Source: Bdellovibrio sp. ZAP7
GTDB taxonomy: Bacteria; Bdellovibrionota; UBA1018
Length of the DNA: 35,115 nucleotides
Direction of reading: 5' to 3'
Assembly: GCA_945865865.1 (NCBI GenBank)
Contig: CAMBEX010000003.1
Coordinates: 1 to 35,115, forward strand
Within the stretch, counting starts at the first letter, position 1. Each line of letters begins with the position of its first letter. Of the stretch, positions 1 to 9,816 are shown in pieces. The notes under the pieces were generated by a model. It searched no databases. It was not told the DNA's origin and saw only the letters and a program-made list of their open reading frames with translations. A program made the position numbers and the translations under genes.

Positions 1-1033
1 CCACGTGAACTTGGTCAGCTTCCCATCCGGCAATTTTCAAATCGCTGACACTCAATTTTCCTTGGGCGCTCAGAGTTTTTTCGAGCGCCAGGAGATCTGC
101 CTGGATCTTGCCCGCGAAAACCAGGTTACCTCCCGGTGAGCTTGCCTGCCGGGACGACGCCTACCCGCGAACCCATGGAATCGCCTTGGAAAGTTCAGCC
201 GAGATCTTGACCTCACCGTTCGCATCGAGCCGTTTTGGATCCAAGAGATTTCCGGCGACCGATCCGGATGCTTCGATACGCACTTCGTCGTCCAAGATCA
301 CGAGGTTCTCAAGCGCAAGTCCTGTGGGGTCGGCAAAGAGTTTGGCGGAGAGCCTCTTGAGATACCTCGTTTCATTTTTGTTCTTGCCCACGAAAAGACT
401 ACCGGCTGCACGAACGTCTCGGAGATCTACATCGACGTCGTAACCCGCACGCCCTCCCCGAGTATCCCGGGACAGTCGGATCGACTCCGCAATGAGTTCC
501 GTCCAGGAGTTCTCCGTCTTTACGCCACCCCGATCTTGTCCCCAAACCAAGCGCACCTTCGTGTCCTTGAGCGCTACGGCCTCGCATTGAATATTGAGCG
601 CCTCGTCCCAGCGAAAGCGGCGATTTGTTTTTTCTGCCGCGGGCCGATCCCATGCGGATGGATCAAAATCGACCAAAACGTCGCCCCGGTGAATGACCAC
701 TTCATTGATCCGAATATTTCCGGAGAGCATCTGAAACGGCAGAAAGTTGAGGTCGATCCTTTCGGCAGAGATCGCTGAGTCCGCCGGGAGGTTGAAAATA
801 TTTTTGCTGTCGAGCGTGAGCCTGGGATTTTTGATCGAAACTCCCGGCGGAAAAAGGGCGATTGAAAGATCCGAGAAATCCCCCTGAACGCCCATTTCGG
901 CTGGAAGCTTTTGAGCAACCGTTTTTTTGACGATTCGGGCAAACGCTTCGCTCTGAATAAAGCCGACCGCGGCTCCGACCAGTGCGCTTACGACCATGAT
1001 GAAAATCAAAAAGGGGCTCTTAAACATTCTCAA
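1..1033 (-). CDS. TamB/AsmA-like (DUF490-type) envelope protein, N-terminal part; in-frame TAG at 161-163; runs off the window edge
   Basis: N-terminal TM anchor (FLIFIMVVSALVGAAVGFI) followed by alternating-hydrophobic beta strands. After the TAG the same frame stays open to base 1 (ASSRQASSPGGNLVFAGKIQADLLALEKTLSAQGKLSVSDLKIAGWEADQVHV). Position after an SgmX/Bd2492-like gene matches the bd2492-tamB-tamA arrangement. Start is TTG 1033 or ATG 1027. Confidence 0.7.
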
Positions 1034-1866
1034 TCCATCGAGTCGAGTTTTTTGATTCTTTCCGCGCAGTCGCGATAGGAGCGGTCAGTTTCCAGGACCT
1101 GCTCATACCAGCCCTGGGCCAAGCCAGGCTCACCGAGCGCTTCTTGCGCGCGGGCCATTAAATAAAAGAAGTGTATTTTTTCCTCGCCAGAAACATCGGA
1201 GTCTCCCACGATCGGCTCCAGAACCATCGCTGCATCAAAAGCTCTCTCAGCTAGGATCAGCGAATAGGCCAAAAGCGCCTGAGCCGGCAGAGACTCCCGT
1301 CCGGCCGCCTTGAACTGCTCGATACTCAACTCGAGCAGCCCCATTTCTAGAAATGCGACGCCCCAATCGATGCGATCCTGCGCGGTGAGTTCGCTGTGCC
1401 GCTGGCCTAGATCGATGGAAAACTTCGCCCAACCTTTTTGTTCTTTTGCGTCTTGAAACAAGGACAGGGCCGCTACACCGCCCAAATTAAAATCCCGGTC
1501 GAGCGCCACAAGGATCGCCTCGACGTCTAACGCTTCGGGAGCAGGCCCCTGGCTTCGAGAACGGCGACCCTCCGCACTCAAGAGGTGGCTCAACTCAAGC
1601 TCAGCAATTTCCGCGAGCTTCTCTTGGGCCAGCACATGATCCGGCTGCGCCATGACTATCCGTCTTAAAACTTTTTTGGCTTCCTCAGTCAAACCTTCAC
1701 TCAAAAGAATATGGGCGCTCTGAAGATCATCGTCGATAGACGGGGAGGATGCCGCACCCACAACTCCCTGGGGTGACGGAACTACGTGCGTAAGTACTGC
1801 GGTCTTTTCGAGGAGATCATCCCCAAGATCGACGACCGTGCCTTCGACGTTTTCGGGAGGGCGCAT
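1030..1866 (-). CDS. TPR protein, SgmX C-terminal/Bd2492-like (putative MglA partner)
   Basis: TPR motifs DWGVAFLEMGLLELSIEQF and YLMARAQEALG...YEQVLETDRSYRDCAERI; lies between accC and a TamB-like gene, as sgmX does in Myxococcus. Confidence 0.7.
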   Translation of the reverse strand: MRPPENVEGTVVDLGDDLLEKTAVLTHVVPSPQGVVGAASSPSIDDDLQSAHILLSEGLTEEAKKVLRRIVMAQPDHVLAQEKLAEIAELELSHLLSAEGRRSRSQGPAPEALDVEAILVALDRDFNLGGVAALSLFQDAKEQKGWAKFSIDLGQRHSELTAQDRIDWGVAFLEMGLLELSIEQFKAAGRESLPAQALLAYSLILAERAFDAAMVLEPIVGDSDVSGEEKIHFFYLMARAQEALGEPGLAQGWYEQVLETDRSYRDCAERIKKLDSMD

Positions 1867-1876
1867 CCCTTGAATT

Positions 1877-3232
1877 TTACTCGTATTTCGGCAGGAACTC
1901 TTCCAAAAAATGCGTGTCGTAGTCGGAGTCGCGGAACTTCTTACTGTTCATGATTTTTTTGTGGAACGGGATGTTCGTTTTAATGCCTTCGATGACATAT
2001 TCGTCAAGCGCCTGACGCATTTTCGCGATCGCTTCGTCCCGCGTTGGGGCATGGACAATGAGTTTTCCGATCATCGAATCGTAAAAGGGAACGACCTTGT
2101 ACTGAGCGTAGACAAAAGAGTCGACCCGCACTCCAAAGCCGCCTGGCGTATGAAGGGCCGTGATTTTTCCGGGCGATGGGGCAAAGCGCTCGGGATCTTC
2201 AGCATTGATCCGACACTCAATGGCGTGTGACTTGATCTGGATATCTTTCTGGGTGAGCTTTAGTTTCTTGCCCGCTGATACGGCGATTTGTTCCTTGATC
2301 AGATCCACGCCGACAACCATCTCGGTCACGGGATGTTCGACCTGAATCCGGGTGTTCATTTCCATGAAGTAAAACTTGCCCTTTTCGACCAAGAATTCGA
2401 CCGTACCCACGTTCTCGTAATTGACCGCGTCGCAAAGCTTCAGTGCCGCGCGCCCCATTTCTTCACGCAGCTTCGCGTCCAAAACCGGGCTTGGGCACTC
2501 CTCGAGCATTTTTTGGTGGCGGCGCTGAATCGTACAATCGCGTTCACCCAAAAAGAGACGATTGCCGAACTTGTCGCAAAGCACCTGGATCTCGACGTGC
2601 CGCGGATGTTCGCAGTACTTTTCAAGATACATTGCCGGATTTCCGAACGCAGCGCCGGCCTCAGAACTCACGCGATCAAAAGAGGCCCTGAGCTGTTGCT
2701 CGTTATAAACGACATGAATCCCGCGTCCACCGCCCCCAGCAGCCGCCTTGAGAATGACGGGATATTCAATTTTTCGTGCCTCTTCGACAGCGGCCTCAAG
2801 CCCTGGAACCGCTTCCGTAGTGCCGGGCAACATGGGGACACCGGCGGCCTTGGCGATCGCGCGAGCCCGGGTCTTTTCACCCATGGCCATAATATTTTCA
2901 GGCGAAGGCCCGATGAACGTCACCTTGCATTCGCGGCAAAGACGCGCAAATTCGGCATTTTCTGACAAAAATCCGTAACCAGGATGGATCGCGTCGGCCC
3001 CCGTGATATCCGCGGCCGAAAGGATGCTCGCCATATTGAGGTAGCTCAATTTTGACTGCGGTGGGCCGATGCAAACCGCCTCATCAGCTAGCTTCACGTG
3101 AAGCGAATGCTCGTCGGCGGTGGAATACACAGCGACTGTTGAAATACCTAGCTCGCGACACGCGCGAATCACGCGGAGTGCGATCTCTCCGCGATTTGCG
3201 ATCAATACTTTTCGAAATAGAGGTGCCGTCAT
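1877..3232 (-). CDS. accC: Acetyl-CoA carboxylase biotin carboxylase subunit
   Basis: KVLIANRGEIA, HPGYGFLSEN, GGGGRG, FMEMNTRIQVEHPVTE, ECRINAED motifs. Confidence 0.97.
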   Translation of the reverse strand: MTAPLFRKVLIANRGEIALRVIRACRELGISTVAVYSTADEHSLHVKLADEAVCIGPPQSKLSYLNMASILSAADITGADAIHPGYGFLSENAEFARLCRECKVTFIGPSPENIMAMGEKTRARAIAKAAGVPMLPGTTEAVPGLEAAVEEARKIEYPVILKAAAGGGGRGIHVVYNEQQLRASFDRVSSEAGAAFGNPAMYLEKYCEHPRHVEIQVLCDKFGNRLFLGERDCTIQRRHQKMLEECPSPVLDAKLREEMGRAALKLCDAVNYENVGTVEFLVEKGKFYFMEMNTRIQVEHPVTEMVVGVDLIKEQIAVSAGKKLKLTQKDIQIKSHAIECRINAEDPERFAPSPGKITALHTPGGFGVRVDSFVYAQYKVVPFYDSMIGKLIVHAPTRDEAIAKMRQALDEYVIEGIKTNIPFHKKIMNSKKFRDSDYDTHFLEEFLPKYE

Positions 3233-3252
3233 AGTCCCGAGTCGTTGAGCGG

Positions 3253-3783
3253 TCAGGTTTCGATCACAAAAAGCGGTTCACCGAATTCAACCGGCTGACC
3301 GTTTTCAGCAAGAATGGACACCACCTTGCCATTGAACTCAGACTCGATCTCATTCATGAGCTTCATCGCTTCGATGATGCAAAGAACATCACCCCGTTTT
3401 ACGGACTTGCCTTCGTTGACGTAAGCCTCAACGTCAGGCGAGGGTCTGCGGTAAAAAGTTCCCACAAACGGCGACAAGATTTGTTTTTGATTTGCAGGCA
3501 GTACGCCCGGCTTTAGATCCGTATTTGCTGCGGAACCGTTTGCGTGATTTGCGCCTGCGCCATTGGATCCAGCTTGTGCGGGAGCATAACCGATTGCGGG
3601 AGCCGAGGCTGAATACACGGTTTCAGAAACCACACCCCATTTGCTGCGAATACGGATTTTCTCACCGCCGCGATCCCACTCGAGCTCCGCCATTTCGTGG
3701 CGCGCCATCATCTCAAAAACAGATTCGAGATCTTTCAAAGGAGTCTGTGGACTTCTTGCCTTCGCAACCGTCTTTTTAGCCAC
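3253..3783 (-). CDS. accB: Biotin carboxyl carrier protein
   Basis: SPFVGTFY and EAMKLM biotinylation motif; start moved to GTG 3783, just after the efp stop. Confidence 0.93.
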   Translation of the reverse strand: MAKKTVAKARSPQTPLKDLESVFEMMARHEMAELEWDRGGEKIRIRSKWGVVSETVYSASAPAIGYAPAQAGSNGAGANHANGSAANTDLKPGVLPANQKQILSPFVGTFYRRPSPDVEAYVNEGKSVKRGDVLCIIEAMKLMNEIESEFNGKVVSILAENGQPVEFGEPLFVIET

Positions 3784-3784
3784 G

Positions 3785-4345
3785 TTACTTATTCGCCTTT
3801 TCTGAATAGGAATAATCGCGGGTATCCACTTTGATGAAATCCCCTTCTTTGATGTGAAAGGGAACGTTGACCACAGCACCCGTCTCTAGCGTCGCGGGCT
3901 TTGTGCCTCCTACCGTGTCGCCCTTGAACGAACCCGTGGTTTCCTTGATTTGCAGTACGACGAAAGTGGGAAGCTCAACGCCGATCGGGCGTTCGTTGAA
4001 GTACATGACTTTGATCACGAGACTTTCCTGAAGAAAATCTTTGCCTTCGCCCAACTGTTCGCCGCTGAGAACAGCCTGTTCAAAATTGGTCTGATCCATG
4101 AAATGAAACCCCTCGGCATCGCGATAGAGGTAGGACATTTCTTTTTCTTCGGTATTGGCTCGGTCCAGCTTATCGCCCGAGGTGATCGTTCGTTCGATCA
4201 CGTTCTGATTCAGCATGTTCTTGAGTTTGGTTCGCGTAAACGCCCGACCTTTGCCTGGACTGACATGCTGGAAATCCACGATTTCAAAGGGAACGCCGTC
4301 AAGCTCGACCTTGAGGCCTTTGCGAAACTGATTGGTTGGGTACAT
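3785..4345 (-). CDS. efp: Elongation factor P
   Basis: [12 protein letters not shown] loop (Lys type), KGDT and [14 protein letters not shown] motifs; 186 aa. Confidence 0.96.
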   Translation of the reverse strand: MYPTNQFRKGLKVELDGVPFEIVDFQHVSPGKGRAFTRTKLKNMLNQNVIERTITSGDKLDRANTEEKEMSYLYRDAEGFHFMDQTNFEQAVLSGEQLGEGKDFLQESLVIKVMYFNERPIGVELPTFVVLQIKETTGSFKGDTVGGTKPATLETGAVVNVPFHIKEGDFIKVDTRDYSYSEKANK

Positions 4346-4379
4346 AGGTTTGAGTTAGTAACCGACCCCTTAGGGAGTG

Positions 4380-4979
4380 TCAACGGCAGCGATACCGCTC
4401 GACACCCTGAAGCAAGGCCTGAAGTTTTTCGACCTGGGCCACCCAGTGACGCCGCTTGAGCGCCGGATCCCCCGAAATAGCTCCTTGAGACGCGCGCACT
4501 TCAAATTCTGAGCTAGGAGCATCTGTCCTCAGCACCAGATCCCCAGCTTCATAGGCGCGAGCCTCGAGCTCCTGAACCATGCGTGAAACTTCCACGTCAT
4601 CAGGAGCAAAATACAAAAGCATTTTGTAAGCCATGAGCGCTTCGCCGGCCCGACCCAGCATCAAACAAGACTCTGCCAATAATCGTTGGGCCACCAGATT
4701 ATCGGGAACATCCCGCACAATCGGAGTCAGCTCCACAATGACGTCGTCATAGAGTCGAAGGTCAAAGAGCCCGCGTGCAAGCGCCACTCGCCCACCCACA
4801 AATCCGGGATGAATTCGTAGGCCCTCGCGGGCAATCTCAACTGCTTCCTTAGCTAGACCCGCTTTGCGATATGCCTCCGCAAGCGGCGCGAAAACGCGCG
4901 AGGTCGGGTCCTCCTGATACTTTCGGAGGTACTCGTAAATCACCGGAGATTGCGATCCTTTCAGTACGTTTCGCAGCAT
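4380..4979 (-). CDS. TPR protein downstream of pilQ
   Basis: DPTSRVFAPLAEAYRKAG...GLRIHPGFVGGRVALAR TPR-like helices; sits between pilQ and efp. Confidence 0.8.
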   Translation of the reverse strand: MLRNVLKGSQSPVIYEYLRKYQEDPTSRVFAPLAEAYRKAGLAKEAVEIAREGLRIHPGFVGGRVALARGLFDLRLYDDVIVELTPIVRDVPDNLVAQRLLAESCLMLGRAGEALMAYKMLLYFAPDDVEVSRMVQELEARAYEAGDLVLRTDAPSSEFEVRASQGAISGDPALKRRHWVAQVEKLQALLQGVERYRCR

Positions 4980-4990
4980 GATTTTTCCCG

Positions 4991-6823
4991 TCAGCTCGCG
5001 GGACTGCTGTCAGTCACCAAGCCCGCTTCTTTTTCGTTAACGATCCTAGGTGTAATGAAGATAATCAACTCGCTTCGTTTTGTCGTTGCGCCTTCATTTC
5101 CAAAGAGGGCGCCCAAAATCGGGATTTTTCGCAAAAACGGAAATCCTCCGGCCGACTCGATGGTGTCCATCGAGTAAATGCCCCCGATCACCAGGGTAGT
5201 TCCATTCTCTACGAGGACATCGGTAGACATGTTTCTCGGAGCCACGGCCTCCGTACGCAAAACATCGCGCGAGACATTGAGCTGCAAAAGGATGCTGCCC
5301 GAGTTCGTCACTGTAGGTGTCACATCGAGGGACAAATTGGCGTGCTTAACCTCAAATGACGTACTGATCGTTCCATCAAACGAGGTGGTCGTGGATATCG
5401 GAACTTTTACCGGCTCTCCTGCAATGAGCTTTGCAGTTTTCTTATTCAGAACGACTAGCTTAGGAGCAGAAATCACGCGGGTTTTGGATTCCTCCTCCGA
5501 AATTTTAAGAATCGCATTGATGCGACCGATCCCTCTCAAAAAGCTGACGGTCGGAGACAGCCCGAAAATATTGGTGCCCGTCGACTGTCTGCCCTCCGCG
5601 TCGCCAGCAAGCGACTTCGAATCCGGAAAAATACCCGCACCACCGAAAAGTCCGTTCTCCGGACTTGAGCCCGCAAAGCTCGCAAACCAACGTCCGGAGT
5701 TCTGCTTGTCCGAAAGTCCCAGATTTCCGCCCAAACTATGCGCAAAACCCTCACTCGCTTCGACAATCTTGGCTTCCACCAGCACTTGCGGGGTTTGAGT
5801 GTCCAAGAGTTCGATGAGCTTTTTCATCTTTTCGACGTTTTCAGGAATATCCTGGACGATCAGGCTGTTGGTGCGCGAGTCGATTTGAACATTATCTTCG
5901 GCACCCCCGCCAACGCCCGCTGACTTTCCAAATTTGCTCAAAATCTTTGCCAAAGACGGGGCATCGGCAAAGCTAATCGGAAAGATGCGAGTCACTCGTG
6001 GAGCTGAGTTTTCGGCCGCTCTCTTGGCATTTAGAATCGCTACTTTTTCGCCGGTAAAATTTTCGAGCGTCAAAATCCTCAAAATATTATGACTCCGCTC
6101 GGCGCTCAGTCGCATGGTGTTTAAGATCACGTCCAGCGCCTGATCCCACGGAACATCGACGAGCGAAAGCGTGACATTTCCTTTCACCCCTTCGCCTAAA
6201 ATGATGTTGAAACCGCTCGCCTCGCCGATCAACCTCAGCACAGAGCCGATGTCCGCATCGCGCACCTGAAGAGTGACGTGCTTGCCCGTAAAACGTTTTG
6301 TTTTGATTCCATCAGCGAGCTGGTCAAGATTTCTTTCACCCAAAGAAAGCTCGGGTTCCGCTTGCGGGACTCCATCCGTGGTCGCCGGAGAAGCAGCTTC
6401 TACGCCCGATGCCTGTGCGGTTGGAATCGCAATCTTAAGTACGTTTCCGTCCTGCGAAACGGTGGGCGACACCCTCTCGCGGAGCTGAATCACGATTCGA
6501 GCCGTATCAGCCTGACCTTCAACCTGATAAGGACTGACCAAAGTCACGCTGCTGTTAAAGGACGATGTATCCAATTTGCGGTTCGCTGACTTGGAGAGCT
6601 GCGAGTCCTTAAGCTCGATGACAATCTGCTTGTCCTGAGAGTTTTCCTGAGTTTCGTAAGTGATGGGTGAATCCGAGCGAACCTGAATCTCGCTTGCCCC
6701 TTCATGGCTCTTAAACTCAATTCCACTGACTTGAGAGGCCGCCTCGATTTGCGAGGGCTCAAGAAGCATCCCAGCCGCAATACTTAGTGCCAAGCCTAAC
6801 GCCAACTTTACTTTCGTCTTCAT
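4991..6823 (-). CDS. pilQ: Type IV pilus secretin PilQ (one AMIN domain)
   Basis: Signal peptide, AMIN-like region, VPWDQALDVIL, QVLVEAKIVE, PFLRKIPILGALF and ELIIFITPRIV secretin motifs. Confidence 0.95.
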   Translation of the reverse strand: MKTKVKLALGLALSIAAGMLLEPSQIEAASQVSGIEFKSHEGASEIQVRSDSPITYETQENSQDKQIVIELKDSQLSKSANRKLDTSSFNSSVTLVSPYQVEGQADTARIVIQLRERVSPTVSQDGNVLKIAIPTAQASGVEAASPATTDGVPQAEPELSLGERNLDQLADGIKTKRFTGKHVTLQVRDADIGSVLRLIGEASGFNIILGEGVKGNVTLSLVDVPWDQALDVILNTMRLSAERSHNILRILTLENFTGEKVAILNAKRAAENSAPRVTRIFPISFADAPSLAKILSKFGKSAGVGGGAEDNVQIDSRTNSLIVQDIPENVEKMKKLIELLDTQTPQVLVEAKIVEASEGFAHSLGGNLGLSDKQNSGRWFASFAGSSPENGLFGGAGIFPDSKSLAGDAEGRQSTGTNIFGLSPTVSFLRGIGRINAILKISEEESKTRVISAPKLVVLNKKTAKLIAGEPVKVPISTTTSFDGTISTSFEVKHANLSLDVTPTVTNSGSILLQLNVSRDVLRTEAVAPRNMSTDVLVENGTTLVIGGIYSMDTIESAGGFPFLRKIPILGALFGNEGATTKRSELIIFITPRIVNEKEAGLVTDSSPAS

Positions 6824-6856
6824 CCGTCCCTCATTTCTAGCTTCCTGCCAGAACTC

Positions 6857-7387
6857 TCACCGCTGAGCTGGATCGTACGATCCAGCTGCGTTTTGAGTAG
6901 CCCCTTGCGCCGTTTTTGAGCCGCCTTCTTCGGATTCGAGCTCCGCGGGCAGTCGAAGTTGAACTCTTACGATTTCTTCTTTTCCGACAATGTTGGTAAT
7001 GCGCTCATCAACTTGAACCTCATCCTCGGTGATCTTTTTAATCACACCCCTGCGAGTGCCGATCTTCATGCGCTCCGAAACAAAGTGTGACTTACCGTTC
7101 GGGTCTGCCAAAATCGCCCGCAACCGGTCCGCACCCGTGATCACACCGATCAACTTGAAGCTCTCCGTCTGAAAAGATTCGAGCTCCGATCTAAGCACGA
7201 TCTTTTCTACCACAAGCACGGGCTGCTTGAACGGATCACGCATTTCGAGAAGGGATTCGGAGATCCCGGATTGCGCATTGTCTTTTTCCGCGGCTTCCTG
7301 ATCGGTTTTGGGCGCAGCCTCTTCGCCCCTAGCCGAGGCACCGCTCGCCGTTATGATCAGGGCTAGGATCGAAAGCCACAGTCTCAT
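6857..7387 (-). CDS. pilP: Type IV pilus alignment protein PilP (no lipobox Cys)
   Basis: RDPF motif, LESF..ESFKLIGVITG...AILADPNGKSHFV..G; between pilO and pilQ. Confidence 0.85.
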   Translation of the reverse strand: MRLWLSILALIITASGASARGEEAAPKTDQEAAEKDNAQSGISESLLEMRDPFKQPVLVVEKIVLRSELESFQTESFKLIGVITGADRLRAILADPNGKSHFVSERMKIGTRRGVIKKITEDEVQVDERITNIVGKEEIVRVQLRLPAELESEEGGSKTAQGATQNAAGSYDPAQR

Positions 7388-8073
7388 GGTCCGCCTTCCT
7401 TCTGCGCGGGGGATCCCTGATCAGTCACCGCACCCGCAGGCTGAGCTCTTCCGCTAGACTGGTCGAGTGTGTCCTCTCTCGACTCATTGTACTGATAGGT
7501 CTTGAGCTGCATCACCCCTTCAAGCTCAACAAACTTCGCGGTCGCGGCGGTGACTGGCTTCATCTGAAAACTCTCGACCCGGATGATTCGTTGAACTTTT
7601 GATATTCTCTCAAGGAGTGCATATATTTGCGCAAATACCCCACGAAACTGCACTTCAAATGGCTGCTCGACGTAAAATGTTTTTTCAATTTTTTCGAGCG
7701 ACTTGATTCCCAAAATCGTGACTCCGACCCGTTTAGCTTCACGTTCTATCAACTTCATGAAGCCCCCGGCGTCCATGACGTCACTGAGGTTGGTTTTCAT
7801 CTCTCCGAGTTTTTTTCCCGCCTCTCGAACTCTCTCCGTCGTGGAAGGGAGCATTTTAACAAACTCCTCCATCGCCTTCACCTCGTTCGAAAGAGTTACG
7901 TTGTCATCCTGAAGGGTCTTAATCTGGCTCGCCTTTTGCGCAGTAGGTGATGAAGCGTCGGTTGGAAATACAAAATAGAGATCATAGGCGGAGTAAAGCA
8001 CGTACAAGACCGCAAGCGGACCGCAAGCCCTAGCAATGATCCCCTTAAGTCCAGCTCCTTCAACCTGTTCCAC
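7384..8073 (-). CDS. pilO: Type IV pilus protein PilO
   Basis: TM segment, coiled coil, FYVEQPFEVQFRGVFAQIYALLERISKVQRII. Confidence 0.85.
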   Translation of the reverse strand: MEQVEGAGLKGIIARACGPLAVLYVLYSAYDLYFVFPTDASSPTAQKASQIKTLQDDNVTLSNEVKAMEEFVKMLPSTTERVREAGKKLGEMKTNLSDVMDAGGFMKLIEREAKRVGVTILGIKSLEKIEKTFYVEQPFEVQFRGVFAQIYALLERISKVQRIIRVESFQMKPVTAATAKFVELEGVMQLKTYQYNESREDTLDQSSGRAQPAGAVTDQGSPAQKEGGP

Positions 8074-8075
8074 TT

Positions 8076-8678
8076 TTATTTCCTCTTACCATTGATCTCA
8101 AACGTAACAACCGACACACCCTGTTGAGTTTTTTCCTGTTTGGACTCTCCAATTTTGAGATCGCTGAAAACTCCGCTGTTGTTGAGATTGGTATTAAGGT
8201 CTGCCACCAAGCTAAATTGCCTTGCCCAACCATTCAACTTCACCTCTACCGGGCCGACCATGAGATTGCTGACCCAAAGCTCTGCTGGAGTGCTCTGTGA
8301 AAGTCCCTTGAGGATCTCGGTGGGTTTTTCGGCATCAGCCATCACTGTTTGAAGCGTTTCGATTTTTTTTCGGATCAATTCCTCGTCCGCGACGAGAATT
8401 TTTCGAGTGTCTTCGTACTTCTGATTTTTTGCGCGTTGCTCCTGTAACGCACTTTGCTCCTGAGTCAGTTTGGAAATCTGCGCATCGAGCTCCGCCAAGG
8501 CACTCGTCTTACTTGAATCCACATAAATATTTGCACCCAAGATCGCGACAATAGGGATTGCCAGTTGCCGAATCGGGAGGTCCTTGAGTGCCGAGGAATC
8601 GAAACTCAGCCCTGACTTGGGCCGGCCTTCACCCACTGCTGCAGGAGATTTTCGAGTCGCCAGATTAATTTTGATCAT
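8076..8678 (-). CDS. pilN: Type IV pilus protein PilN
   Basis: MIKINLA (INLL-type PilM-binding motif), TM segment, coiled coil, PAELWVS. Confidence 0.88.
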   Translation of the reverse strand: MIKINLATRKSPAAVGEGRPKSGLSFDSSALKDLPIRQLAIPIVAILGANIYVDSSKTSALAELDAQISKLTQEQSALQEQRAKNQKYEDTRKILVADEELIRKKIETLQTVMADAEKPTEILKGLSQSTPAELWVSNLMVGPVEVKLNGWARQFSLVADLNTNLNNSGVFSDLKIGESKQEKTQQGVSVVTFEINGKRK

Positions 8679-9763
8679 GGGGCTCCCGCCCTGAGCGCAA
8701 GTCCGATCGGAACGGCCGCAATAGGGCCGATCGACTGGACATACTCCTGTGTAAATACCGCGGGGTCGTAAGAAATCGCGTTAAACGGATTGATCATTTG
8801 CGTGGGCAGTCCGATTTTGCTCTCGATCTCTTGCGACAGGTTGGGGACCTTTGAACCCCCGCCCGCCAAGAGCACACACGAAACCGGAGGCGCAACCGAT
8901 GAGGCGTTATAGAAATCGAGTGCGCGCTTGATTTCCATTCCATAGTTTTCGCCCATCAAGTGCATGATCTCGACGACCTCTTGCGGCGTCGAACCGCCTC
9001 CGCCACCGGCCTTGAGGGTTTCAGCATCCGCAAAACTGAGGCCCAGGTGTTTTTGAATTTCGGCCGTGAGATTGCGACCACCCAGTGTCGAGTCCTTGGT
9101 GAAAACCGGAATCCCTTGGTTGACCACCGTTATTTTCATCGCAGCTGAACCGATATCCACAATAGCCGCGGACTCGGAGGCCTGGAGCGGATAGTTGGCT
9201 TCAAAAACGTTTTGGAGCGCAAAAAAATCCGCATCCATGATCGTGGGCTTGAGTCCTGCGTCTTCGATGCAAGTCATGTAGCTATCGAGTACCGAGCGTT
9301 TGACCGCGACCAGCAAGATATCTGTTTGATTGTCCTTGGATCGCGACAATGTTTGAAAGTCCATGACGACGTCCGAGACATCGAACGGAAGGTACTGTTC
9401 GGCCTCCCAAAAAACCTGATCTTGGAGTTCCTTGATCTTGGCCGCCTGAACTTGCATGCGCTTGATGATCAGTGATGTGCCGGAAAGCGATGCGCAGACG
9501 TTTTTTGTTTTGAGCTTCAACTGCGCCATCAGCTGCTTGAGGCTATCGACTAATGCGACAGGATTGACCACCTCACGGTTGACGATCACATCCTCCGGTA
9601 GTTGAATCATTCCAAAATGGAGGAGTTTATAGCCTTTTTTCTCACGTTTCAGCTCGACCAGCTTGATCGCTGACGAGCCGATGCTCAAGCCCACGCAATG
9701 GCTACCGCCACCGCCGCCGAACCCACCGAACAGTTTTGACAACCCCCCAGACGGTGGGCTCAC
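8675..9763 (-). CDS. pilM: Type IV pilus actin-like protein PilM
   Basis: GLSIGSSAIKLVEL, WEAEQYLPF, AIVDIGS, LAGGGSKV, IGLALR; exact start uncertain. Confidence 0.93.
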   Translation of the reverse strand: MSPPSGGLSKLFGGFGGGGGSHCVGLSIGSSAIKLVELKREKKGYKLLHFGMIQLPEDVIVNREVVNPVALVDSLKQLMAQLKLKTKNVCASLSGTSLIIKRMQVQAAKIKELQDQVFWEAEQYLPFDVSDVVMDFQTLSRSKDNQTDILLVAVKRSVLDSYMTCIEDAGLKPTIMDADFFALQNVFEANYPLQASESAAIVDIGSAAMKITVVNQGIPVFTKDSTLGGRNLTAEIQKHLGLSFADAETLKAGGGGGSTPQEVVEIMHLMGENYGMEIKRALDFYNASSVAPPVSCVLLAGGGSKVPNLSQEIESKIGLPTQMINPFNAISYDPAVFTQEYVQSIGPIAAVPIGLALRAGAP

Positions 9764-9784
9764 GAAATATAAATCTCCATACTG

Positions 9785-9816
9785 TTAATTTTTACAGGAC
9801 TGGGCAAAACCTTCAA
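9785..9816 (-). promoter_or_regulatory. Putative sigma70-like promoter of pilMNOPQ (TTGAAG-N16-TAAAAATTAA)
   Basis: Read in the intergenic gap; same spacing and same 10-mer as upstream of pilB. Confidence 0.45.

Noticed and set aside
161-163. Genome-wide TAG reassignment
   Set aside because: TAG ends several genes here at family-typical C-termini, and no other internal TAG was found.
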